Assembly (NCBI GenBank): GCA_004764695.1
Contig: SMSO01000032.1
Location: forward strand, 4,124,483 to 4,188,482
Direction of reading: 5' to 3'
DNA: 64,000 nucleotides
Source of the DNA: Schizochytrium sp. TIO01
Lineage: Eukaryota > Protista > Bigyra: Labyrinthulomycetes
Numbering within the stretch: the first letter of the stretch is position 1; every line of letters begins with the position of its first letter. The notes beneath the pieces are model-generated. The model had not been told where the DNA came from. It searched no databases and saw only the letters and a program-made list of their open reading frames with translations. The translations under genes and the position numbers were made by a program. This document shows positions 12,216 to 23,479 of this stretch, one piece after another.

Positions 12216-14603
12216 ATGGCTGAGACAGACTCTCTGGAGCGCCTCTGCTCGCCTACAAGGCGGAAATTGCTAGACAAGATCATGTCTAACTTCATAATTG
12301 GCAACACTCACTGTCGCTCGCTTTGGACTGAGAAAGAAGCTGCAGCTCGGCTTCAAAGCTTGCGTGAGAAACAACACGCGGCAAAGAAACAGAGGTTTCA
12401 ATATCGTCAGGAGGCTATACAGACAAGCACGTGCTCATTTCTTTACCTAGGTGTAGGAGATTTACGCAATCCACTCAAGACACTCTGGGTCCTTGCAAAT
12501 GCAGCAGATGCCTCCCAAGACGATGAAGATGAATGTAGCCGTGATACAAATGGCAAATCATCTACCAAAAATGATAGTGTTAGCAACTCTGGGAATGATA
12601 TTAACGCTCGTTTCGTTCTCAACGATGCTGCAACCATGACTTTGGCAAGAGATGCCGCACTTTTAGTGGCAGCTGTGCAAAGCGGTAAACCGCAAGCAAC
12701 GACTGCATTGTGGTGCGATGCTCTTGTAGAAGAATCCGAGCGCAAGATTCTTAACACAGCACTTGAAAGCCTTCTTGGACTCTACCAAGAAAAAGGAGAC
12801 GCCAACAATCAAGCTTTAAAAATAGCTGCCTCTGGTCTCGCATGGCTACACTTTGACAAGGAAACCTTTTTGGCACTCGCGCCACATTGGCGTGCCTGGC
12901 GTGCATCTGCTATAAATTTTGATAAAAATCAAGAACTTCGCAAGGCAGCAATGAAACGTTTTGGTGACGGAGCTGGGCATGGACGAGCGAAAACGTCTCA
13001 TAGCTGGGTTAAACTTGGAGTCTCCACACGTGTAAACGCAGAAAACGAGTTTGCCACAATGGTGCCTAATCCTTTACTATATGATTTTACAGATAATGCG
13101 ACTACACCAGAGGACCAGAATGGACAGCCTCGCTTTGTAGATTCGCAAGGGCCATCCGGTGCATTTACTGAAGTGGCTGGAGAAGAAGCAGGCACTGCAA
13201 CTTTTGCCGAGGTCTTGAACAGGTGCTGGAACCCGCTCTGGAAAACCTTGTGTGAATATGTTAAAGCTGGTAAACTTTTGATCGACTTGGTTGCAGGTGA
13301 CTGCATCGAGCTACTTACAAAAAATCGGTTCGGAGAGAAGCGTGAATATGCTGCCATTGATACGAGCAATGTCTCAGATTATGTTGGTATCTGGAATATG
13401 CTACTTCTCCTCGAACCTCTACTGGAAAACCAGGATAAGGCATTTGTTCAAACCGAGAGTATTCTGTGTGCTGCCGAGACCTGGAACGAATTAATGACGA
13501 GCTATGTTCCCCAAAGCCCGTCCGCTGCTCGCGAGCTAGCACGACTTATGGGCTTGAATCCATGCAAGCCCCCGCAGAGCCTGTGTCCTGATAAAGAAGA
13601 AAACTTTCTCCGTACAAGGTGGATGTTTCATGAACCAACTCAAGCTGATATTGCTCGCATGACCGATACAGAGGTAGTACAGAGTCTTGTTCAAGAGTTA
13701 AAGAGGGTTGCTCCAGTCGGAACTACATTGGACGAGGCAAAGATGGAGACAAACCTCTTTCCGCCTGAGATTAAAATGTTCCTAGAACTGGCAAAGTTGA
13801 ATCCCGAACCTCGCGAGCTTGAGCATGCCATAAAGAAGATTCTGCAACAAGCTGAAGAACGTTTGGAAAACACAAAAGACCGCACTAAAGCAGCATTTGA
13901 AGCTAACTTCTCATTCTTTCTTCAGGGTACTTTTGTGCCTCAGTCTGTTTCATCAGATATGATTCGTGATCCTCGGGAAACCATTGATAATTCATATCCA
14001 TTTCCTACTCACACTGTCATGACTACAGCATTGATGCTGAGATCAATTGCCAGGCGCTCGTCTCAGGGCCAAGAACTTGCTTCTTGGTTCATGGAGAACT
14101 ACTTCAAAAATAAAACTTTGAATACCCAAGCACACGTTAGACTACGAAACATGTCATTTCTCATGATGTGTGCACGTGTGCAAAACCTACCGGGCGCGCA
14201 CCTTCAAACCAAGCTCAAAGCGCCACCTTCACATGTGCAGGAGCTCACGTTTGAGACCGTCGATGATGTTTGGAAGCCCAAGGGCGGTCTCATGGAGCCT
14301 TCTCTTGCACTTTTACTTTTGAGCAAGAAAACAAACCTTGGCAAGCTGCTCAGCCGGGACAGCAATCGGTTTATCATTGATGATGACGATGACCAAGAGC
14401 ACAATAAGAACTTTGATCACCTCGCAGATGCCACGCCAAAGCACGCCCAAATTGTTGACAACATCAAACTAATTTCGAACTACAAGGAGGAGCCAGCACG
14501 TTTGATTATCCAAGTTGATCTTCCAAGTAAGCTGCCTTATACTGTCGCATACTTGCTTGACATGCAGACATATGCCATTCTGACTCAGCCTGTTAGCTTA
14601 TAG
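12216..14603 (+). CDS. DUF4470-family protein (methyltransferase-like fold)
   Basis: FLYLGVGDLRNPLKT, LNDAATMTLARDAALL and IDTSNVSDYVG match motifs of DUF4470 proteins. The ORF is open from 12078; the ATG at 12216 is the more plausible start. Confidence 0.7.
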   Translation: MAETDSLERLCSPTRRKLLDKIMSNFIIGNTHCRSLWTEKEAAARLQSLREKQHAAKKQRFQYRQEAIQTSTCSFLYLGVGDLRNPLKTLWVLANAADASQDDEDECSRDTNGKSSTKNDSVSNSGNDINARFVLNDAATMTLARDAALLVAAVQSGKPQATTALWCDALVEESERKILNTALESLLGLYQEKGDANNQALKIAASGLAWLHFDKETFLALAPHWRAWRASAINFDKNQELRKAAMKRFGDGAGHGRAKTSHSWVKLGVSTRVNAENEFATMVPNPLLYDFTDNATTPEDQNGQPRFVDSQGPSGAFTEVAGEEAGTATFAEVLNRCWNPLWKTLCEYVKAGKLLIDLVAGDCIELLTKNRFGEKREYAAIDTSNVSDYVGIWNMLLLLEPLLENQDKAFVQTESILCAAETWNELMTSYVPQSPSAARELARLMGLNPCKPPQSLCPDKEENFLRTRWMFHEPTQADIARMTDTEVVQSLVQELKRVAPVGTTLDEAKMETNLFPPEIKMFLELAKLNPEPRELEHAIKKILQQAEERLENTKDRTKAAFEANFSFFLQGTFVPQSVSSDMIRDPRETIDNSYPFPTHTVMTTALMLRSIARRSSQGQELASWFMENYFKNKTLNTQAHVRLRNMSFLMMCARVQNLPGAHLQTKLKAPPSHVQELTFETVDDVWKPKGGLMEPSLALLLLSKKTNLGKLLSRDSNRFIIDDDDDQEHNKNFDHLADATPKHAQIVDNIKLISNYKEEPARLIIQVDLPSKLPYTVAYLLDMQTYAILTQPVSL

Positions 14604-14775
14604 ATTGTGAAGGCTGGATATGTTTGGATTAAAGGATGTTTTCTTTTTATAAAAATGATTGATATTTTCGATATCTTATAATGAAACTAAGCGGGAAGCT
14701 CTCTATCTAGGCTAATGTACATCTCCTCTTTAATAAATTTTAAAATAAGAATAATAACAATGCGCATCAATCACT

Positions 14776-16582
14776 TTACGTGCACTTGAGACCACTCACA
14801 CAACAAGCACTAGGTTGTGATGGGTTTTGCACTTCTTTAAGAAAGCACATTGCGTCTGCTTTTGTGTAAACCCAGGATCTGCATCGATAATCTGATTCAC
14901 AAACTTTACGACACTCTCTTGCGCTACGCACTGCTTGGCTATGAAAGGCAATACCAGGACGATCAGAGTCAAATTCAAAATTCCGGGCTTGATTACACGG
15001 CATGCCAGCACCCTGTTGGCCGCCGCCGCCACCAAAATTCATTCCACCTGGGCCGCCAGCCTGCGGTAGACCAGCTTGAAAACCTCCGCTATTCATACCT
15101 CCACCCATGCCCATCATGGGTTGGCCCATTCCTTGCCCGTAAAGTCCATTTCCTTGCCATTGTTGTTGTATGCCGCCCATGCCCATGCCCATGCCCATTC
15201 CATTTCTACCCATCCCGTTTCCAGCAGGATATCCGCCCTGTTGGCCTCCAAACATTTGGTTCGGGTACGAACCTTGATTCATTTGCTGATTTTGTTGACG
15301 TTGCTGTTGTTGCTGCTGCTGCTGCTGATATTGCATCGAATTCTGCTGTTGATAATTGCCGGCAACCCCTGCGCCTCCCACCGAACTGGCACCACCACCA
15401 CCACCCCCAACTCCTCCTCCTCCTCCAAATCCGATACTTGCGAAATCATCCTGCGCATGTGTACCTGCAGAAGAATCTGCAGCCACAGCTTTACTACTCA
15501 AAGTCTTCTCCTCAGCTGAACCTCCTAGATTCAATGCTGAAGATGCTGGTGAAGATGCCGAAGAAAGTGGGCCTGACGATAAAGAAGCAGATGCGGATTG
15601 GACTTCTTGAAGTTTAGCTTTTACATCAGCAAGAGCTTTGCCTCTTTGCTTATTGTCTTGCTTCAATTTCTCCACCTTTGCACGAAGCTCACTCAGCGAT
15701 TCTTCGGCATGGTCTGCCTGTTCACGTGCTTCACTGGCTGCTGCTCGAAAGTGATCTCTTTCAGCCTCTAAACTTTGCTGCTTCTGTTTTAGCGCTTTGG
15801 CTAACGATTTCATCTCCCGTAACGAGTCTTCACATTTCAGGGCTTCGTCGTTCTCCAAACTCAAGTATATCGCCAGCAACATCGGCACCTTCTGCTGCGA
15901 TAGCTCCTGGACCTTCTGATGAGCCCGTTTCGGGCATCTGCTGGAGTTTGGTTAAAGCTTCATCATGCAAAGTCCGCGCCTGGTCACGTTCGCGTCTCAA
16001 GCGTTCCACCTCTGCTCTCAATTTGATTAGCTCCTCCTGAGAGGCATGAGCATCATTGGAGGACTTATCCACTGCTTCTGCTTTTGCATTCATTTCTTGA
16101 GTGGCCTTCGTAAGCTGTTGTTCAAGGCGCTCATTTGCAAACTCCAGCTGCGCAGTGTGCTCTTTGTATTTGTCAATTTGGGATTTTGCTCGCTGTAGAG
16201 AAACCATAAACGTGGCATTGAGTTTGGCAGCACTGGCAGTGTCTTTTTTGCTAAGAACTCTACCTTGCGCGAGAGCAGTTTTAGCATCTTCTTTGTATTT
16301 TTCCACCTCGCTGCGGACACGCAGCAAGTCCCCACTAATTTGAAGAGCCTTTTCCTTTAGTTTGTCAAATTTACGCTTCGGCACTGAGCTTGTTTCGAGC
16401 GAGAACTTCAGATGCTCCAACTCACTACGAAGTTCTGAAATGCGTTTGTCAGCAGCTGTCATAACCTCCGATGCCTGATTTGCACTGCCTTCTCCAGAAA
16501 GCGCCGCCGAAAGGTACGTCCAAAGTACAGGCACGCAACTCAGCATTGCCAGCGTGAAGAAAACCCGTTCCAAAGCCACCAT
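14776..16582 (-). CDS. Membrane-anchored coiled-coil protein with G/Q/M-rich linker and C-terminal PAN/Apple domain (one frameshift near 15850)
   Basis: N-terminal hydrophobic segment VFFTLAMLSCVPVLWTYL, then a long coiled coil continuing across two overlapping ORFs, then ECRKVCESDYRCRSWVYTKADAMCFLK...CCVSG with PAN-type cysteine spacing. Confidence 0.7.
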
Positions 16583-17966
16583 GACGCGCAAGCTCTCAAA
16601 CGTTGGTGGTCTCACCGCGTTAAGGAGACCTGTGCAACATCCAACAAATGAGGACCTACCCAAGCGTGTCTGGCTTTGGCTTCGTGGTTGGACTCCACAA
16701 TTGACAAAATTGGTATCGACTTCCTTAGCTTTTATTCCCCTTGGTACCTGGGCACTAGGATAGTACTATCACTACTACTCTAGAGGAGCGATGAGATGGG
16801 TACGTGGAACTTGAGAACCGAGAAGAATTAGTTGACAATCAACTCATAAACGATCAGCAAGCACGAAGCAGCGACCAGACGGAGAGGTACCTTGCTCGAT
16901 GACGACGCATACTTTGCCACAATGGCCGCACATTCTTTGATGACGTGGTGTACTCTTGCTCCAAGAGGGGTTGGTGGGAACTTGTGAATAAAGTTCTAAC
17001 AGGCAGAGGCAATTCGCACTCAATATCCTTGCTTGAATACAATTCTGACTTCATTCACCACTCCAAGTTGAGTTGTCCCTGAAAGATCATCTCCCAAGAC
17101 ATATTATCCTCCTCCTCGAGAAAGGCACATTTCTCATCTTCTCTAAAGTCATAGTCTAAGCAAAAGCAAACATACTTCTTCTGCCACTTTCATCTATCAC
17201 AACCCTGCACCAAACTCTTCAGGACATGATGTCCCTCTTCGCCCCAAAGCATGAAGATTTCATTCATACCCCAATGCACAGCTCAAATGTCTAATCTTGA
17301 AGCACATTGCGCCTCTTCAAACCCTCAACGAAATACTGCAAATTCCATGTGGGACTCCTTTCATGGGTCCTCTCTTTTATCCACCTTAATCTCCTCCTTA
17401 GTAGGGCCCCCCTTCCATTTAAGGCCCTTTTGCGGGCGTGGCGAAGCTTCGCTGGGTCGAGGGCGGATACTTCACTTGTGGGGTCTATATTCTATAGTAT
17501 ATCCTGCGGATAAGCGTGTTTGGGGAAGAATAGTCTATAGTATTGTGAGGCGGTTAAGAGCGTGTTGGAAAGAACTGGAAAGAAGGGGAGAGAATCGGAG
17601 AGAAATGATAGTATCAATTAACCTGCAGAAAGTAGGATCCTGAGCTCTGAGGATTCATGTCTTGAGAATTTGGATAATGCTGGTCTGGAGCTGAGATTGG
17701 TGGGCCTGGAGCACTACGCGTCTGGCTTCAAGCTGTCATCTGACCGAATTAGATCCTCGGCCTGCAGTTGTTGCTTAATTGTTGAAATCTTCGATCGAAT
17801 TCTGATCGTCTGAAAAGAAGGTCAATGGCACTGTTACTTATTTAGAGTTATTAGGAGAAACAGAGATTTTTTTCAAAGAGATAAACAAAGAGAGAGAAAG
17901 AAGCGAAGGGAAACAACAGTCGAGAGAGCAAATCGCGATCAATCGCGCGTCGGCGTTTCGGCAGCG

Positions 17967-19731
17967 ATGGGCAACGCGCAGGGCGGCCCCGGCGGCGGGC
18001 GCGGTCGCAAGGATGACCAGCAGAAGAAGAAGAAGAAGTTCCAGCACGGACAGCCTACCCGTGTAGGCAAGCGTCGCAGGAAGCGCGGCGTGGCAACAGC
18101 GACCAAGGTGCCCAACGTGCTTCCGAGCGCTAAATGCAAGCTGCGTCTGATGAAGTTGGAGCGTATCAAGGACTTTCTTCTGCTTGAGGAGGAGTACATT
18201 CGTAACCAGGAGGTGCTTAAGCCAAAGCATGTCAAGGATGAGGAGGACCGCTCCAAGATCGACGAGCTGCGAGGCACTCCGCTCAGCATTGGCACGCTCG
18301 AGGAGATTATCGATGATAACCACGCCATTGTATCTTCAAGCGTTGGGCCTGAGTACTACGTCAACATTCTCTCTATCGTCGACCAGGACCAACTCGAACC
18401 CGGAGCTTCGGTGCTTCTGCACCACAAAACCTCGTCTGTGGTTGGTATTCTCAGCGACGACACTGACCCTCTCGTCACAACGATGAAGGTGGACAAGGCG
18501 CCTGCAGAGACTTACGCTGATATCGGAGGTCTTGAGGACCAGATTCAGGAGATGAAGGAGGCTGTTGAGCTCCCGCTTACACACCCGGAGCTCTACGAGG
18601 ATATTGGAATCAACCCGCCCAAGGGCGTTATCCTCTATGGACCTCCGGGTACTGGTAAGACGCTTCTTGCGAAGGCAGTCGCCAACCAAACATCTGCTAC
18701 ATTTCTTCGTGTGGTTGGATCAGAGCTCATTCAAAAGTACTTGGGAGATGGTCCCAAGCTTGTACGCCAAATGTTCGAAGTGGCCGAAGACCACTCTCCT
18801 TCCATCATCTTCATCGACGAGATTGACGCTGTGGGTATGAAACGTTACCAGAGTAAGTGACCTTTTTTTTTGCTAGTATGCCAACAGGAAGTGGGTGCGC
18901 CAAATCCCAACGCATTTCTTATCCTGATCTTATCAGATTGACCATCCTGAGCCTGAGGGTCTCTTGTTTTGTGCCCAGCACGCTTTCGAAGGCATAAAAC
19001 CAGTCAGTTTACTAACATTATTCATGAACAACCGTGCGTTGCTGATATTCTGCCGATGTTTCTCGGTGCCTACATTTTTTAAACTATCAACAGGTTCCAG
19101 TGGTGGTGCTAAAGAAATCGTAAGTTATTCAACTAGAGAGAGAAAAAAAGTATTGGAATACTGGACTAACAAAAGACGGCGAGAAATGATTGTTTTTCTT
19201 GGCAATATTAATTTCCCTTTTTCATATTTTACAGCAACGTACAATGCTTGAGCTTCTTAACCAGCTCGATGGTTTTGATAACCGCGCAGATATCAAGGTC
19301 ATCATGGCTACTAACCGTATTGACAGTCTTGACCCTGCCCTAATTCGTCCTGGTCGTATCGATCGTAAGATTGAGATTCCTCTCCCGAACGAAGCGACCA
19401 AGCGCCAGATTTTTTCCATTACCACCTCTAGGATGAACCTTGCGGATGATGTCGACCTTAACGTGTTTATCTCAGCAAAAGACGACATTTCCGGCGCCGA
19501 CATTAAGGCCATTTGCACAGAAGCCGGTCTCCTTGCTCTTCGCGAGCGTCGCATGAAGGTAAGTAAAACACACTTCCAAAGGCTTTTGAAGACACGCGCA
19601 GTTATAACTAACATAACTACGAACACAAACTCAAATCACAATTGCAGGTTACGCAAGACGATCTTGTCAAGGCCAAAGAGAGTGCCCTCTACCGCAAAAA
19701 GAGCAACATTCCCGAAGGCCTTTACTTGTAG
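17967..19731 (+). CDS. RPT2: 26S proteasome AAA-ATPase subunit RPT2/S4 (exons 17967-18852, 19094-19119, 19235-19558, 19648-19731)
   Basis: MGNAQG myristoylation start, [10 protein letters not shown], Walker A GPPGTGKT, Walker [24 protein letters not shown] and C-terminal PEGLYL HbYX motif. Three GT-AG introns restore the frame. Confidence 0.97.
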
Positions 19732-20523
19732 ATCCACCCCGCTGGAGGGTCAAGAAAACAATAACAAAAGTAAATCATTTCACTACCCTATGAATCATTC
19801 ATTCACCTGATGATTTTCTCTTTGAGTGTTCATCACCTTTTAGAGCCCTTCCTTTCTGATTAACGCACACAGCATTTGCAGATGGCCTGTGCATGATTTG
19901 CCATCATGTGCATTCTGCTTCAAATTTTACCCACCTCTGAAAAAATGAACGATCTCCCAAAGACATATAACAGTCACCATTTTCTCCATGGGCTAAGTTT
20001 GTAGGCTCGTTCACACTGCTTTTTACTTGCCTCCATATAGAGGTGCAAGCGTGCCTTCTCAGTACAAGCAAGCGAGCAAGCAAGCAAGAACAGCTGCTAG
20101 TATATGCTTCTAAGAACGACCATAAATGAGAAAAAAAATACCAGAAGAAAAAAAATATTTTAGAATAAACGAAAACCAGTAAGAAAAAGGAAGCTGACCA
20201 ACGGTTGCCTTTTGCCAATCATAGATAGTGAGAAATTATATCCTATTAACACGACCATCTATAAACCGCTTGTAGAAACCTATAAGTCATAGTAAGTGAT
20301 TTCCTTATTTCCTGGTTAAAGAAGATGCTCTTTGTTTGTTTGTTTATTTATTTATTTGTTTGTTTGATTTGGGCTTGTTCGTCTTCAATCAATACCGGTT
20401 TGCCAGAGTCTACGCGCAGCGAAGCGTTCGGAGCTCTGTCATCGCGCGGATAGGTCGTTCGCAGGATCCCTTATCAGCTTCGTAGAAGGAAACCTCTCGG
20501 AGCCACACTTTCATATCCTCGCA

Positions 20524-21340
20524 ATGTCGAACAAAGAGGCCGAGGCCAAGAAGGATGCCGGCAACGACGCCTTCCGCAGTGGCGACCACGAGAAGGCCGT
20601 GCAGCTGTACTCAGAGGCGATCGAGCTCGACAACCTGAACCACGTTCTGTATGCTAACCGAGCGGCTGCTTACCTTGCTTTGAAGAAGTGGGAGGATGCC
20701 CGCACTGATGCGAAGAAATGTATTGCCTTGGATGCCACCTTCGTCAAGGCCTATTTGCGGCTCGCGATGGCCGAGAAGGAGCTCAAAAACCCTGAAGAGG
20801 CATTGCGCGTTATTAAAGAAGCCATGAAGCACTTCCCCAATACCTCTGGCAAGAAAGCAAACCAGAAAAAGGTCGGTGTGCACGAGTTTAAGAAGCTCGA
20901 GAAGGAGCTCAAACACCAGATCCGCGAGTCGTCTGTGAAATCCTCAGCTGACTCAAGCCGCGCATCAACTGAGCAGGCCATGATGGGCAATGGCACTCAA
21001 GGAGCTTGGCCAGAAGGTTATGGAGGCCAAGTTCAAGTGGATGCAGGTCGTTAATGACTTGAACGAAAAGGAAATCGAGCAACGCACAAAGAGTATTATT
21101 TCTCAGAGCATCATGGAGGAGACCAAATCCAAGGATGGAGCAGATGTTGTGTGCTACCGTGCCATGGGAAAGGGATTTTTGATGCAAAAATCTGCTCAGA
21201 TCACCAAGGACCTATCGGAAGAGAGCTCCAAGCTCTCCTCCGAAATTGAGAACCTCAAGAAGGGTCAGATGCTTCTCAAGCGCAAGATGGAGGACGCGAA
21301 CAACACCCTCATGGAGCACCTCCGCCGTCGCCAGCCTTAG
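20524..21340 (+). CDS. STI1/HOP-type TPR domain fused to a prefoldin subunit 1-like domain (one frameshift at ~20985)
   Basis: Three TPRs (KDAGNDAF...LYANRAAAYLALKKWEDA...KAYLRLA). The downstream frame ALKELGQKVMEAK...CYRAMGKGFLMQ...LKRKMEDANNTLMEHL follows the PFDN1 pattern. Removing one G from ATGATGGGCAATG joins the two frames. Confidence 0.75.
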
Positions 21341-22024
21341 AGACCCCTGATTTCAAACCGACCTCTTACTTTACCCACCTTCTTTTAAAACAAAAATCCT
21401 TGCTATCACAAGAAAATAAAAACGAAATAAAAATACAAACGACCCCCACTATTTTTGCTTCCTTGTCCTGCATTTACGTATCTCAGCCAGGATAAGACTA
21501 CTATGGTGCTCTGCTTCTTTTCAACTATGTCCCAATTTAAAGTAGTTCTCAGGTGGACGATCTGAAACTTTTGTGAACGCGTACTTTGTGTACCACCTAT
21601 CAGAAATACATGGTATAGCTTCACCATGTTTTCGCATGATAGACCTTCCTTTGACCCCAAGAGAATATGTTTATATAAGCATTGAAAAGAAGAGGCGGAA
21701 GATCTCTCCTATGTAGTTAAAGAAAGCTTGATAAAATACATCTCCTGCCTTTCTCAGATGAACTTGAAAAAACAACAAAAGAACAAGAATTGAGCACGAT
21801 TATTGCCCTTAATATTCGCAAGATTGAAAAGAATTAATTGGGAATTGAACTATTTTCCTGGTTGTCGCAAACTAGATTATTTTAAATCGAATGTTCAAAC
21901 TGCTCTCAAAACAAAGTGAAGCTAAGGTGTCTATCACACCTTTGTAAAACACAAACAGGAAAAACAAAAACTACCTGTGCCTATTTTCTCAAACCCAAAC
22001 CAACATCGTAGTTACCTAAGCTAG

Positions 22025-23479
22025 TTAACCTGATGAGCTTGAGCCACTAAGATTGCCATTAATTTCATCACTGTTAGATCCCATGTTTCCCTCATTGCCA
22101 CGATGTGTGAAGGGCATGAGAAACTCAGGAGCGGGATGGGGATGTTTATTCGCTACTTCGATGACCATCACAATCGAGCCAAGCAGGAAAGCAATCGAGC
22201 CCCAAAATGTAGATAGATATGTACCATAGTACTGGCAACAAACTTCTTCTCCGTTAACGTTTGCAAGCAGACCAAAAACAGCACAAAGCAAGAAACCAAT
22301 ACCTCCAATTGTATTGAAGAAGTTCGCCCACCAACCCAGAGAGCCGAGGTTTGGTAGGAACCAACGATATTGAGTTTCAAGCATCAGGATAACACCTGCA
22401 TAGATAAAGCAAAATGAACCCAACACCTGGAACCCCCAGATGAAGACGTCTGCCAAAATAAAGCGCTCGCTGGGTAAGATAGTGTCAGTAGCTCCGCGAT
22501 TTGGGAGGGCAAGCACCACAGCAACAGTAAAGAGAGTCGCGCCGATCATCTGTACGCTTGCAGCTTTGGTTCCTGCATCGGAGAATTCCATAGCAAACCA
22601 TTTCCACTTGCGTCTGGGATCTTCCTGATGAGGAATCAAGTGAAGAATATTTTTCTTGTCCTTGTGAATTGAATTCTTTGCCATATCAGCCACCCGGTAA
22701 CCGAACTCCAAGTGGCGACGGGGGTTTATGGCCTCAAGAATTGAGAAATAAGCACCTATTTCGAACACGAGACCACCGAAAAAACCAGAAACAGATGTAA
22801 TGAGGAGATCGTTTCTCTCGCTCTCCACAGGCCACATCAGATACACGGCATTGATAACCCAGAGAATCGACCCCCACGTGAACACGTGTGCTACCCACCA
22901 TGAGATATTATCGGGTTCAATCGTCAGAATTGTCCACATATGTCGTTGAATATAGGTTTCTTCGTCATGAACTTCAATCATTGGAAACCGGTTCTTGCGA
23001 TGGTGCCTTGTATGGTACACAAGCTCTCCATCAAATTCACCAGGGTAGAAAACCACTGTGTTTGGGGTAATCTCCTGCACGCTTGTAATATTTGCTGGCA
23101 ATTCATTGAGGTTCTTAACATGGCGGAGAGCATACGGCGTATTTCCCTTTACTTCAGAGATTGGAACGCGAAGCCCTGCCATTGGGATTCTCGCGCGATC
23201 CGAGTCGCGAGACCAGACAACTCCTTTCGCTGCTAATGCTGCATCAATGATGTCTTTGTCTTGCTTCATTTCTGCCTCTTGGGGTTTAGCTGGAGCAGAA
23301 AATGTGGCCTCCAGATGTTTCCGCTGTCGTACATGGCTCTCTGCTTGGTCTGCATTAGAATGGGTACTGCTTGAAGCACTGGTGCTACCACTGTTTTCCG
23401 CCCCTAAGCTCCTGATGTGCAAGTTCTGTGCTTCTGCAGCGTCTGCTACGGGCGTGTTTTGTGCTTTATCAGGCAGCAT
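22025..23479 (-). CDS. Multi-pass membrane protein with YrhK-like repeats
   Basis: About 6-7 hydrophobic helices with ISWWVAHVFTWGSILWVINA, GWWANFFNTIGGIGFLLCAVFG and STFWGSIAFLLGS, a pattern known from fungal integral membrane proteins. Confidence 0.75.
   Translation of the reverse strand: MLPDKAQNTPVADAAEAQNLHIRSLGAENSGSTSASSSTHSNADQAESHVRQRKHLEATFSAPAKPQEAEMKQDKDIIDAALAAKGVVWSRDSDRARIPMAGLRVPISEVKGNTPYALRHVKNLNELPANITSVQEITPNTVVFYPGEFDGELVYHTRHHRKNRFPMIEVHDEETYIQRHMWTILTIEPDNISWWVAHVFTWGSILWVINAVYLMWPVESERNDLLITSVSGFFGGLVFEIGAYFSILEAINPRRHLEFGYRVADMAKNSIHKDKKNILHLIPHQEDPRRKWKWFAMEFSDAGTKAASVQMIGATLFTVAVVLALPNRGATDTILPSERFILADVFIWGFQVLGSFCFIYAGVILMLETQYRWFLPNLGSLGWWANFFNTIGGIGFLLCAVFGLLANVNGEEVCCQYYGTYLSTFWGSIAFLLGSIVMVIEVANKHPHPAPEFLMPFTHRGNEGNMGSNSDEINGNLSGSSSSG

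Noticed and set aside
16854-17310. Minus-strand frame interrupted only by two TGA codons (possible selenoprotein or readthrough)
   Set aside because: There is no redox motif around the TGAs, no recognisable family and no evident SECIS element.
19805-19862. TGATGA...CTGA C/D-box-like pair after RPT2
   Set aside because: It is too short, has no terminal stem or recognisable rRNA guide, and lies in the probable 3' UTR.
4170-20455. GCGGATA word upstream of several genes (about 4174, 7672, 17463, 17506, 20446)
   Set aside because: It also occurs inside coding sequence, and the count is near chance expectation for a 7-mer in this window.
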